A stretch of 64,000 nucleotides of DNA from an uncultured Chloroflexia bacterium. GTDB taxonomy: Bacteria > Chloroflexota > Limnocylindria > QHBO01. Within the stretch, counting starts at the first letter, position 1. Every line of letters begins with the position of its first letter. Both the position numbers and the translations under genes were made by a program. Shown here piece by piece: positions 1 through 8,786 of the stretch. Location of the stretch: contig CAWHEV010000009.1 of the NCBI GenBank assembly GCA_963828485.1, positions 135,318 to 199,317 of the forward strand, written 5' to 3'. The notes below the pieces were generated by a model. It did no database searches. It saw nothing but the letters and a program-made list of their open reading frames with translations, and was not told the origin of the DNA.

Positions 1-17
1 GTCCGCGATCTGCCGGC

Positions 18-1610
18 TCATGGCCGGCGCCACGCGCGCCCGTCGCGCTCGAGGAGCTCGTCGGCGGCCGGCGGGCCCCACGTGCCCGCGCCGTAGAAGT
101 GCAGCGGCCCTCCCTCACCACTCGTCCACGCCGCCAGGATTGGGTCGAGGATGGCCCAGGCCCGCTCCACCTCGTCGCTGCGGGTGAATAGGCTGGCATC
201 CCCGATCATCGCGTCGAGGAGCAGCGTCTCGTAGGCATCGGGTGAATCCACCGCGAACGACGAGCCGTACCGGAAGTCCATGTTGACCGTCCGGATCTGC
301 AGGCCCTGGCCCGGCACCTTGGCGCCGAAGCGGATGAGGATGCCCTCGTCGGGCTGCACGCGGATGGCGAGCACGTTCGGGTCTACCTGCGAGACCCCGG
401 CGCGGGAGAAGAGCGCCAGCGGCGCGCGTCGGAACTGCACCGCGATCTCGGTCACGCGGCTGGGCAGCGCCTTGCCGGTCCGGATGTAGAACGGTACGCC
501 GGCCCAGCGCCAGGAGTCGATCGCCAGCTTCAGCGCCACGAACGTCTCGGTCTCGGAGTCGGGCGCAACCTCGGGCTCGTCTCGATAAGCGCCGACGCGC
601 TGTCCCTCGACCCAGCCGTTCACGTACTGGCCGCGGACCGTGTTGGCAGCAACCTCCTCGGGTCGCATCGGCTTCACCGCTCGAAGGACCTTGAGCTTCT
701 CGTCGCGAAGGTCCTCCGGGCCGAACTCGACCGGGGGCTCGATCGCGAACATGGCGAGGAGCTGGAGGCCGTGGTTCTGGACGATGTCCCGCAACGCGCC
801 GGTCTGGTCGTAGAAGTCGCCGCGACCCTCGACGCCGACCGTCTCGGCCACGGTGATCTGGACCGAGTCGATGTAGCGCCGATTCCAGATCGGCTCGAAC
901 AGGCCATTCCCGAAGCGGAACACCGACAGGTTCTGGACGGTCTCCTTGCCGAGGTAGTGATCGATCCGATAGACCTGCTCCTCGTCGAAGACGGCGGCGA
1001 TCTCGTGGTTGAGCGCTCGCGCGCTGGCCAGGTCGTAGCCGAAGGGCTTCTCGACGATGACGCGCGTCCAACCCCGCCGCGAGCCACTGTCGCGGTGCTC
1101 GCCCGGCGTCGCGAGACCGGCGCGATCGAGCTGGTTCACGATCTGCGGGTAGAGATTGGGCGGCACCGCGAGGTAGAAGAGGCGGTTGCCTGCCGTGCCT
1201 CGATCGCGGTCGATGCGGTCCAGCCGCCGTGCGAGCTCGACGTAGGCGGCCGGGTCGTCGAACGTGCCGCGGTGGTACTCGATGCCGCGGGCGAAGGACT
1301 CCCAGATCGCGGGCTTCACCGGTCGGTTGCGGCTGTGGCGGTTGATCCCGTCGAGCAAGTGCTCTTGGAAGGCCTTGTCGGAAAGGTCGCGACGGGCGAA
1401 GCCGACGACGGTGAACTCGGGCGGCAGGAAGCCGCCGAGCAGCGCGTTGTACAGCGCCGGGCCGAGCTTCCGCTCGGTGAGGTCGCCGGTGGCGCCGCAG
1501 ATGACCATGGTGCACGGCTCGGCCATGCGCTCGAGGCGCAGGCCCTCGCGCAGCGGGTTCGGCGCCGGCTGGGCTTCGCTCTCCGGCTGGGCGGAGATCG
1601 TGGTCGCCAT
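18..1610 (-). CDS. zwf: glucose-6-phosphate 1-dehydrogenase
   Basis: 531-aa protein within ORF 18..2180. The N-terminus MATTIS...NPLREGLRLERMAEPCTMVICGATGDLTERKL matches the G6PD NAD(P)-binding start. Conserved motifs present: EKPFGYD, RIDHYLGKE, and C-terminal WAILDP...GTWGP. Start taken at ATG 1608-1610. The N-terminal extension of the longer ORF is Arg-rich junk. ORF 115..1515 on the same strand is a spurious alternate frame. Confidence 0.9.
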   Translation of the reverse strand: MATTISAQPESEAQPAPNPLREGLRLERMAEPCTMVICGATGDLTERKLGPALYNALLGGFLPPEFTVVGFARRDLSDKAFQEHLLDGINRHSRNRPVKPAIWESFARGIEYHRGTFDDPAAYVELARRLDRIDRDRGTAGNRLFYLAVPPNLYPQIVNQLDRAGLATPGEHRDSGSRRGWTRVIVEKPFGYDLASARALNHEIAAVFDEEQVYRIDHYLGKETVQNLSVFRFGNGLFEPIWNRRYIDSVQITVAETVGVEGRGDFYDQTGALRDIVQNHGLQLLAMFAIEPPVEFGPEDLRDEKLKVLRAVKPMRPEEVAANTVRGQYVNGWVEGQRVGAYRDEPEVAPDSETETFVALKLAIDSWRWAGVPFYIRTGKALPSRVTEIAVQFRRAPLALFSRAGVSQVDPNVLAIRVQPDEGILIRFGAKVPGQGLQIRTVNMDFRYGSSFAVDSPDAYETLLLDAMIGDASLFTRSDEVERAWAILDPILAAWTSGEGGPLHFYGAGTWGPPAADELLERDGRAWRRP

Positions 1611-1615
1611 CGGTC

Positions 1616-2536
1616 CTACGTGCGGTCCTTGATCGCGTGGCCGCCGAACTCGTTGCGGAGGGCGGCGAGGACGCGATCGGTGTACGAGTCGGGCGCGCGG
1701 CGGCTGCGGAAGCGCTCGATCAGGCTCAGGGTGATGACCGGGGCCGGCACGTCGTGGTCGATCGCCTCGGCCACCGTCCAGCGGCCCTCGCCCGAGTCGG
1801 CGACCCAGCCGCTGATCTCGGCGAGGTCGTTGCCCTCCTTCTCGAAGGCGTTCCCGGCCAGCTCGAGGAGCCAGGAGCGGATCACCGACCCGTTGTTCCA
1901 CATCCGGGCGATGGCGGCGAGGTCGAGGTCGTAGTCGGAGGCGTGAAGGATGTCGAAGCCCTCGCCGTAGGCCTGCATGATCCCGTACTCGACGCCGTTG
2001 TGGACCATCTTCGTATAGTGCCCGGCGCCGGCCGTGCCGCAATAGAGATACCCGTTCTCCGGCGCCAGGGTCCTCACCACCGGCTCGAACCGCTCGAAGA
2101 CCTCGCGCTTGCCGCCGAGCATGGCGCAGAAGCCGACCTGGAGGCCCCAGACGCCGCCCGACACGCCCATGTCGAGCCACTCGATGCCCTTCTCCGCCAG
2201 CTCCTCGGCATGGCGCCGCGAGTCGTGGAAGCGGCTGTTCCCCGCGTCGACGATCACGTCATCCGGCTCGAGGAGCGTGGCGAGCTGCTCGATCAAGGCA
2301 TCGGTGGCGTCGCCCGACGGCACCGAGATGATGACGTGGCGCGGAGCCGCCACCAGCTCACGAATCCGCTCGATCGGCTCGGCGACGGCGACCCGGCCCG
2401 CGTTCTCCGGCTCGGCGGCCAGGTCGGCAGTCACCGACTCGGTCCGGTTCCAGGCCACGACATCGTGGCCGCCACGGGCGGCGCGGCGGGCCATGCCCGC
2501 CCCCATCCTCCCCAGTCCGCAGATCGCAACCTGCAT
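1616..2536 (-). CDS. gnd: 6-phosphogluconate dehydrogenase (decarboxylating), short YqeC/Gnd-like form
   Basis: 306-aa ORF with N-terminal Rossmann motif ICGLGRMGAGMARR and the typical 6PGDH core (GVSGG, CGTAGAGHYTKMVHNGVEYG). GGGAG ribosome-binding site upstream. It sits 5 nt upstream of zwf on the same strand. Confidence 0.88.
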   Translation of the reverse strand: MQVAICGLGRMGAGMARRAARGGHDVVAWNRTESVTADLAAEPENAGRVAVAEPIERIRELVAAPRHVIISVPSGDATDALIEQLATLLEPDDVIVDAGNSRFHDSRRHAEELAEKGIEWLDMGVSGGVWGLQVGFCAMLGGKREVFERFEPVVRTLAPENGYLYCGTAGAGHYTKMVHNGVEYGIMQAYGEGFDILHASDYDLDLAAIARMWNNGSVIRSWLLELAGNAFEKEGNDLAEISGWVADSGEGRWTVAEAIDHDVPAPVITLSLIERFRSRRAPDSYTDRVLAALRNEFGGHAIKDRT

Positions 2537-2565
2537 GTCGTCTCCCTCGCTGCGTGGTGCCGCGG

Positions 2566-4266
2566 TCAGACCGATGCGGCGATGCCGATCATCTCCTCGA
2601 GCCTGCCGAGGCCGGCGTCGAGCTCGCCGAGGTGAATCCGCAGCACGCGCCGGCCACGTCTCCTGAGCGAGGCGAGGTCACCAAGCGCCTGGGCCGCGAT
2701 GAGCGTTCCGAACGATTCACGCCAGCCAGGGATCGGCAGGTCCTTGGACGGCGCGGCGGTCAGCTGGAGGAAGACTCCCGTGTCGGGACCGCCCTTGTGG
2801 AGCTGCCCGGTCGAATGGAGGAAGCGTGGCCCGAAGCCGAGCGTGGTGGCCGCGGTGGTGGCGTCACGCAACCGGCCGCGGATGGCCTGGAGCCGCTCGA
2901 CGATCTCGGGATCGGAGGGCACGTAGGCGAGGATGGCCAGGTAGTCCAGGCCGGGACGAACCAGGCCCAGCAGCTGATGCAGCGCCCACTCGACGCTCAC
3001 CGGCGCGTCGCCCAGGACGTCGGGGTCGCCGGTGACGGACAGCCCTGGCTCGCTGACGAGAGGCATCTCCTCGGGCAGCGCTCCCCCGGTGCGGTACGTC
3101 TCGAGCAGCGCCCGCGTCGCGTCCTTCGACTCCTGCACGTTGGGCTGGTCGAACGGATCGATCCCGAGGACGATCCCCGCGGCGGCCGTCGCCACCTCCC
3201 AGCGCACGAACTCGGCGCCGAGAGCGAGAGGATCCTCGAGCTCGATGCTCGTCGTGGGATGACCGCGCTCCGCCAGCGCGGCAGCCACCGAATCGAGCTC
3301 GTCGCGCGACTCGCCGGCCAACGTGACGACCACGAACGCGCGGTCGTCGCCGTACGCATCGGCCTCGGCGATCGGCTCGCCGACGATCGGGACGATCCCG
3401 CGTCCCATCTTGCCGGTGCTCTCCGCGACGAGCTGCTCGACCCAGTCGCCGAGAGCCGCCAGGCGCGGCGAGGTGAAGAGGGTGAGCTTGTCACGGCCGG
3501 CGAGTGCCGCCTCGCCGATGCTCGCGCCGAGCGCCAGGCCCGGGTTGTCGGCGGCGGGGTCGGTGCGGCACGCCTCCGCCATCCGGCGCGCGCGCTGGAG
3601 CAGTCCGTCGAGGTCGACGCCGTTGAGCGCCGCTGGCACGAGGCCGAAGACCGTCAACGCCGAGTAGCGACCCCCGACGTCGGCGGGCGCCTCGACGATG
3701 GCGCGGAACTCCTGCGCCCTGGCCAGGTCGGCGAGGCCGGTGCCCGGATCGGTGATGGCGACGAAGTCGAGCGCCGGGGCGACCTCGCCCATTGCCGCAT
3801 GGAAGGCGTTCGGCTCGGTAGTGGTGCCGGACTTCGAGCTCACGCAGAAGAGCGTGCGCTGGGCCGATGCCCAGGAGCGGAACCCGCGGACCGCATCGGG
3901 GTGAGTCGAGTCCAGGATCCGCAGCTCGAGGCCATCCGCTGACGCCGCACCGGTCTCGGCGGCTCCGCCGGCCCAGCCGAAGACGCGGCTGAAGAGCTCC
4001 GGCGCAAGGCTCGATCCGCCCATCCCGAGCACGGCCGACCGACGATAGCCGTCCTCGCGGATGTGACCGGCGAGGTGATCGAGCTCGCCGATGCGGTTGC
4101 TCATCGACTCCGGCAGATCGAGCCACCCGAGCCAGGCCGCGACCTCGTCCGCGGGCTTGCCGGACTCGGCCCACAACGAGCCGTCCTTCGCCCACAGCCG
4201 TTCGGCGACGCGGTCACGCGTCCAGGCAGCCAGCCGGGACGCGACGGCCGCGTCGAGGTCGTTCAT
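2566..4266 (-). CDS. pgi: glucose-6-phosphate isomerase
   Basis: 566 aa starting at MNDLDAAV, internal to ORF 2566..4578. PGI signatures are present: FCVSSKSGTTTEP and DVGGRYSALTVFGLVPAAL. The ATG at 4264-4266 overlaps the tal stop codon in an ATGA arrangement. Confidence 0.88.
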   Translation of the reverse strand: MNDLDAAVASRLAAWTRDRVAERLWAKDGSLWAESGKPADEVAAWLGWLDLPESMSNRIGELDHLAGHIREDGYRRSAVLGMGGSSLAPELFSRVFGWAGGAAETGAASADGLELRILDSTHPDAVRGFRSWASAQRTLFCVSSKSGTTTEPNAFHAAMGEVAPALDFVAITDPGTGLADLARAQEFRAIVEAPADVGGRYSALTVFGLVPAALNGVDLDGLLQRARRMAEACRTDPAADNPGLALGASIGEAALAGRDKLTLFTSPRLAALGDWVEQLVAESTGKMGRGIVPIVGEPIAEADAYGDDRAFVVVTLAGESRDELDSVAAALAERGHPTTSIELEDPLALGAEFVRWEVATAAAGIVLGIDPFDQPNVQESKDATRALLETYRTGGALPEEMPLVSEPGLSVTGDPDVLGDAPVSVEWALHQLLGLVRPGLDYLAILAYVPSDPEIVERLQAIRGRLRDATTAATTLGFGPRFLHSTGQLHKGGPDTGVFLQLTAAPSKDLPIPGWRESFGTLIAAQALGDLASLRRRGRRVLRIHLGELDAGLGRLEEMIGIAASV

Positions 4267-5369
4267 GCCGGAGCGAGTTCCTTGCGCTTCGACTCGATCG
4301 TCTCGACCAGCTCGTCGAAGCTCTTCGCGAAGCTGGCGACGCCCTCGGTGATGAGCTCGTCGGTGACGCGCTCCATGCTGATCCCGAGATCCTCCACGGC
4401 ACGGATGGCCTGGCGGGCGCCCTCGATGTCGCTGTCCAGGGCCCGGTCGATCGTCCCGTGATCGAGGAACGCCTCGATCGTGTCGAGCGGCATGGTGTCG
4501 ACCGTCTGCGGCCCGATGAGCTCCTCGACGTAAAGGACGTCCCGATAGTCGGGGTTCTTCGTGCTCGTGCTCGCCCACAGGCAGCGCTGGACCATGGCGC
4601 CCGCGGCTCGGAGATCGGCGAACTCCTCGCCCCAGAAGATCTCGCCGTACGCCTCGTAGGCCAGCTTCGCGTTCGCGATGGCCGCGCGGCCTCGGGCGCC
4701 ACGTGCCGCGTCGGTATCGAGCTCATCGAGGTAGGCGTCCACCTTGGTGTCGACGCGGCTGACGAAGAAGCTCGCCACGCTGGCCACGCGCGAGATGTCC
4801 TCGCCGCGCTCGAGCCGGGAGCGAAGCCCGGCGACGTAGGCGCGCGCCACGCGCTTGTACACCTCGACGCTGAACATCAGGGTGACGTTGACGTTGATTC
4901 CCTCGGCGATCGCGGCCTCGATGGCCGGCACGCCCGCGTCGGTCGCGGGGATCTTCACGAAGACATTCGGGCGATCGAGGAGGCTCCAGAGCTGACGCGC
5001 GCGCGCAAGGGTCGCATCGCTGTCGTCGGCCAGGTCCGGCTCGACCTCGATGCTGGCGAAGCCGTCGGCGCCGTCGGCGCTGTCGTAGACGGGGCGCAGG
5101 ACGTCGGCCGCGTCGCCAACGTCGGCCACGGCGATCTGCTCGTAGATCTGCCGCGCGTCGTCGCCGGCCTCGATCTCGCGGCGAATGAGGTCGTCGTACT
5201 GCCCCGTGGCCACCGCCTTGGCGAAGATCGTCGGGTTGCTGGTCAGGCCGCGGATGCCGTCCTCGACCATCTCGGCGAGGCGCCCGCTGTCGATCAGCTG
5301 GCGGTCGATGAAGTCGATCCACGGGCTCTGATCCTGCTCGGCATGCAGCCGATGCAGCGCGTTGGTCAT
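4263..5369 (-). CDS. tal: transaldolase
   Basis: 368-aa ORF with LTSNPTIFAKAV, the VKIPATDAGVPAIEA active-site region and the actinobacterial-length C-terminus. Good GGGAGGAA Shine-Dalgarno upstream of the ATG at 5369. Confidence 0.9.
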   Translation of the reverse strand: MTNALHRLHAEQDQSPWIDFIDRQLIDSGRLAEMVEDGIRGLTSNPTIFAKAVATGQYDDLIRREIEAGDDARQIYEQIAVADVGDAADVLRPVYDSADGADGFASIEVEPDLADDSDATLARARQLWSLLDRPNVFVKIPATDAGVPAIEAAIAEGINVNVTLMFSVEVYKRVARAYVAGLRSRLERGEDISRVASVASFFVSRVDTKVDAYLDELDTDAARGARGRAAIANAKLAYEAYGEIFWGEEFADLRAAGAMVQRCLWASTSTKNPDYRDVLYVEELIGPQTVDTMPLDTIEAFLDHGTIDRALDSDIEGARQAIRAVEDLGISMERVTDELITEGVASFAKSFDELVETIESKRKELAPA

Positions 5370-5383
5370 GAGGGTTCCTCCCG

Positions 5384-7273
5384 CTAGTCGCGCCGGCCGG
5401 ATCCGACCTGGGTCGGTCGACGGCCGCGCGTGCCGGCGTCGGCCGCCACCTGGCGGACCGCATCGGCGATGTGGGTTGCGTCGATCCCGGCCGCTGCCAG
5501 CAGCTCGGCCGGCGTGCCCGAGCCGGGCATCTCCCGCACCGCGAGCTTGGTGACGACCGGGTGCGGCTGCTCGGCGGCGAGGGCGTCGAGCACCGCGTCG
5601 CCGATCCCGCCCTCGGGCCAGTGGTCCTCGACGGTGACCACCGCCCCGGTCTCGCGCGCCGAGGCGCGGACGGCCTCGGCGTCGATCGGCTTGACGCTGT
5701 AGAGGTCGATGACGCGGGCACGGATGCCCTCGTCGGCCAGCGTGTCGGCAGCGGCGATCGCCTCGTGCAGCGTGATCCCGGCACCGATGATCGTGACGAC
5801 GTCGTCGGCGCTCTGCCGCACGACCCGAGACCCACCGATGTGGAAGTCCTCGCCTGGTGGGTAGAGGACGGGCGTCTTCTCGCGCGTCGTGCGCATGTAG
5901 ACGATGCCCTCTCGATCGGCCATCTGCGGCAAAAGCGCAGCCGTCTGGTTCGCGTCGCTCGGGTAGAGCACGGTCGATCCATGGACCGCCCGCAGGCTGG
6001 CGAGGTCCTCCAGCGCCATCTGGGACGGCCCGTCCTCGCCGATGCTCACGCCCGCGTGAGAGCCCGCCAGCGAGATGTTGGCCCGGCTGATGGCCGCCAT
6101 CCGGATGAAGTCGTAGGCGCGGGACAGGAAGGCGGCGAAGGTCGCCGCGAACGGCTTCCAGCCGCGGACCTGCAGGCCAACCGCCGTGGCGACCATCTGC
6201 TGCTCGGCGATGTAGACCTGGAAGAAGCGGTCCGGGAGCTCGGCAGCGAACGCCTCGGTGTAGGTGCTGTTGCCGACCTCGCCGTCGAGCGCCACGACCT
6301 CGCCACGGGCCTTCCCCAACGCGACGAGGGCATCGCCAAAGGCCTTGCGGGTCGCCTCCTTGGTCCCCGGCTCGTACGACGGCAGCACCAGCTTCTCGAC
6401 CGGGAATTCGTGCGGTGCGCCGCGCAGCACCGGCTTGGGGACCGCGACGTGGAGGTCGCGGTACCCGCCGAGCTCGGCAATCGAGGCATCCGGGTCATCG
6501 AGGGGCTTGCCATGCCGGCCGTTCTGGTCGGCGACGGCCTTCACGCCGTGTCCCTTCTCGGTCCGGGCGATGATCACGGTAGGGCTGCCGGTGGTCTCGA
6601 TCGCCCTGGCGAGCGCGCGGTCGATGGCGGCCACATCGTGCCCGTCGATCTCGATCGCCTTCCACCCGAAGGCCTCGGCTCGGCGGCGGTAGGCGTCGAG
6701 ATCCCAGCCGTGCATCGTCTCGCCGGTCTGGCCGAGGCGATTCACGTCGATGATCGCCGTCAGGTTGTCCAGGCCGCCGAAGCCGGCATGCTCGAAGGCT
6801 TCCCACATGGAGCCCTCCGCCATCTCGGAGTCGCCGCACAGGCACCAGACCCGGTAGCCGAGCCGATCGAGGCGCTTCCCGGCCAACGCCACGCCGACGC
6901 TGATCGGGAGCCCCTGGCCGAGGCTGCCGGTCGCTACGTCGACCCACGGCAGGATCGGCGTCGGATGGCCCTCGATCCGCGAGCCGAAGCGACGGAAGGT
7001 GAGCATCTCGTCGTCGCTGATGGCGCCCGCGGCCTTGTACATGGCGTACAGCAGGGGCGACGCATGGCCCTTGCTGAAGATCAGGTGGTCGTTTCGCGGG
7101 TCATCGGGGGTTCCGAAGTCGTAGTGAAGGTATTTCGACATCAGGACCGCCATGAGGTCCGCCGCCGACATGGACGACGTCGGGTGCCCGCTGGCGGCGG
7201 CGCTGCTCGATCGGATCGAGTCGACGCGAAGCTGCTGGCCGAGCTCGCGCCACGCGTCGTGCTGGGAGGTCAT
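5384..7273 (-). CDS. tkt: transketolase
   Basis: 629 aa starting at MTSQHDAWREL, internal to ORF 5384..7396. The thiamine-diphosphate-binding N-terminus (GHPTSSMSAADLMAVL) and the transketolase pyrimidine and C-terminal domains are present. It is the first gene of the tkt-tal-pgi-gnd-zwf run. Confidence 0.9.
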   Translation of the reverse strand: MTSQHDAWRELGQQLRVDSIRSSSAAASGHPTSSMSAADLMAVLMSKYLHYDFGTPDDPRNDHLIFSKGHASPLLYAMYKAAGAISDDEMLTFRRFGSRIEGHPTPILPWVDVATGSLGQGLPISVGVALAGKRLDRLGYRVWCLCGDSEMAEGSMWEAFEHAGFGGLDNLTAIIDVNRLGQTGETMHGWDLDAYRRRAEAFGWKAIEIDGHDVAAIDRALARAIETTGSPTVIIARTEKGHGVKAVADQNGRHGKPLDDPDASIAELGGYRDLHVAVPKPVLRGAPHEFPVEKLVLPSYEPGTKEATRKAFGDALVALGKARGEVVALDGEVGNSTYTEAFAAELPDRFFQVYIAEQQMVATAVGLQVRGWKPFAATFAAFLSRAYDFIRMAAISRANISLAGSHAGVSIGEDGPSQMALEDLASLRAVHGSTVLYPSDANQTAALLPQMADREGIVYMRTTREKTPVLYPPGEDFHIGGSRVVRQSADDVVTIIGAGITLHEAIAAADTLADEGIRARVIDLYSVKPIDAEAVRASARETGAVVTVEDHWPEGGIGDAVLDALAAEQPHPVVTKLAVREMPGSGTPAELLAAAGIDATHIADAVRQVAADAGTRGRRPTQVGSGRRD

Positions 7274-7390
7274 GTCTCGACTGCTCCGCAAGTTGCCTGC
7301 CGATTGGACGACCATCATAGGACGAGCGGACCGATGCGGGGGCTTGGCCGCTCGGCGGGCGCATGCGACGTCCCGCGCACACGGCCTCGC

Positions 7391-7423
7391 GAACACAGAA
7401 ACGGGCGGCCCGGTGGGCCGCCC
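7391..7423 (-). terminator. putative intrinsic terminator downstream of the zinc-ribbon gene
   Basis: Perfect 9-bp inverted repeat GGGCGGCCC-acc-GGGCCGCCC (7403-7423), followed on the minus strand by GTTTCTGTGTT. It lies between the zinc-ribbon gene stop (7448) and the tkt start (7273). Confidence 0.55.
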
Positions 7424-7447
7424 GCATCGTGCTACCGGAAACGTGGC

Positions 7448-7780
7448 CTAGCCGCGCATCATCCTGAAGCAGTCGGAGCAGTAGACCGGACGAGCGCCCG
7501 TCGGCCGGAATGGCACCTGGGTGTCGTTGCCACAACGGGCACAGACGGCATCGTGCATCTCGCGTGGGCCGGAGGAGTACCCTCCGCCCCCGTAGCCGCC
7601 GCCACCACTGCCGCCGTAGCTGCTGCCCCCGCCGGACGCCCGGCGCTGGGCGCGGCATGACGAGCAGCGCTTCGGAGCAGAGGCGAAGCCCTTCTCCGCG
7701 AAGAACTCCTGCTCGGACGCGGAGAAGACAAAGTCGATTCCGCAATCACTGCAGGTGATCACCTGATCGGTGTAGGTCAC
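7448..7780 (-). CDS. small zinc-ribbon protein with a Gly/Tyr-rich low-complexity linker
   Basis: About 110 aa, starting at GTG 7778-7780, which is preceded by GGGAGGGG and a 5-nt spacer. Two CxxC...CxxC knuckles (CSDCG...CSSC and CARCG...CSDC) are separated by GGGSSYGGSGGGGYGGGGYSSG. The longer ORF 7448..7972 has no ribosome-binding site at its ATG. Confidence 0.6.
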   Translation of the reverse strand: MTYTDQVITCSDCGIDFVFSASEQEFFAEKGFASAPKRCSSCRAQRRASGGGSSYGGSGGGGYGGGGYSSGPREMHDAVCARCGNDTQVPFRPTGARPVYCSDCFRMMRG

Positions 7781-7992
7781 GTAGACCCCTCCCAACTGAG
7801 ATTGGACCGTGCGAGGCCGCTGCTCGACGCCGGCGCCCGGGATCTTGCCGCTGCCCCGAGGCCGACGCTTGGACGCGGTGAGGGGAGTGGAAGGGGTAGG
7901 CAGTTTGGCGCCGCATGGTGCGGCTTCGACGCGCGGAATAGTACCCGAGCGCCGCGCGACCGCAAGTACCAAAACGTGGGTACGATGCGAGC

Positions 7993-8181
7993 GTGCGCAC
8001 CATCCTGCTCGTGCTCGGCATCCTGCTCGTGCTCGGCGGGCTCGTCTGGGTCGCCCAGGGGCTCGACCTCCCCTTCGCGCCGCAGAGCTTCATGACCGCC
8101 GATCGAGCATGGGTCCTCATCGGCGCCGCGACCGCCCTGGTGGGCGTCATCACCATCCGAGCCGCGAGAGGCCGGACGTAG
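7993..8181 (+). CDS. small two-TM membrane protein (hypothetical)
   Basis: 62-aa ORF with a GTG start and two hydrophobic helices (ILLVLGILLVLGGLVWV and WVLIGAATALVGVITI). Convergent with pncA. Confidence 0.4.
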   Translation: MRTILLVLGILLVLGGLVWVAQGLDLPFAPQSFMTADRAWVLIGAATALVGVITIRAARGRT

Positions 8182-8184
8182 GGG

Positions 8185-8778
8185 TCAGCCGATGACGAGC
8201 ACGCCCTCGGTTCGCATCTCGTCGAGCGCGCGCTCGCCGTCTCCGGGGTCGAGCTCCACCGAGGCGACAGCCGCGCCGAGGAGCTCGACCGCGTAGCCCA
8301 AGCGAACGGCGTCGATGGCGGTGGCCTTCACGCAGTAGTCGGTGGCGAGGCCGCAGACCACGAGCCGGTCGATGGCCCGATCGCGCAGGAGCGAGTCGAG
8401 CTCCGTGGGAACCTCATCGCCGGTCACCGGGTCACGCATCGTGAAGCCGGAGTACCCGTCCTCCCCGTTGACGCCCTTGCGAACGCGCGGCGCATCGGGC
8501 GGCAGGTAGAATCCAGGGTGCAGCTCCGCGCCCCAGGTGCCCGCCACGCAGTGGACCGGCCAGACCCCACCGTCCTTCGCGAAATGGGGCGTCGTCTCTG
8601 GGTGCCAGTCCTGGGTTGCAACGATCAGAGCGCGTTTCGCCCGAGCCTTCGCGACCTCCCCGTTGACGATCGGCACGACCGAATCGCCACCGGCCACGGC
8701 CAGCGAGCCGCCCGGGTCGGCGAAGTCGTTCTGCAGGTCAACGACCACCAGGGCAGTGCGCTTGTCGTAGTCCGGCAT
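8185..8778 (-). CDS. pncA: nicotinamidase/pyrazinamidase (isochorismatase family)
   Basis: 197 aa with the LVVVDLQNDF start, the catalytic Cys region (VVCGLATDYCV) and the metal-binding DWHP motif, all typical of PncA. Confidence 0.85.
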   Translation of the reverse strand: MPDYDKRTALVVVDLQNDFADPGGSLAVAGGDSVVPIVNGEVAKARAKRALIVATQDWHPETTPHFAKDGGVWPVHCVAGTWGAELHPGFYLPPDAPRVRKGVNGEDGYSGFTMRDPVTGDEVPTELDSLLRDRAIDRLVVCGLATDYCVKATAIDAVRLGYAVELLGAAVASVELDPGDGERALDEMRTEGVLVIG

Positions 8779-8786
8779 CGGAGAAC

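Noticed and set aside
115-1515. Long (466-aa) Arg/Pro-rich ORF on the minus strand overlapping zwf in another frame, and similar ORFs 4723..5982, 5471..7660, 9004..10107 and 9153..10382
   Set aside because: Very high GC makes long stop-free alternative frames common. These have extreme Arg/Pro/Gly composition and no motifs, and they overlap well-supported genes (zwf, tal, tkt, the PEA-rich protein). They are treated as spurious.
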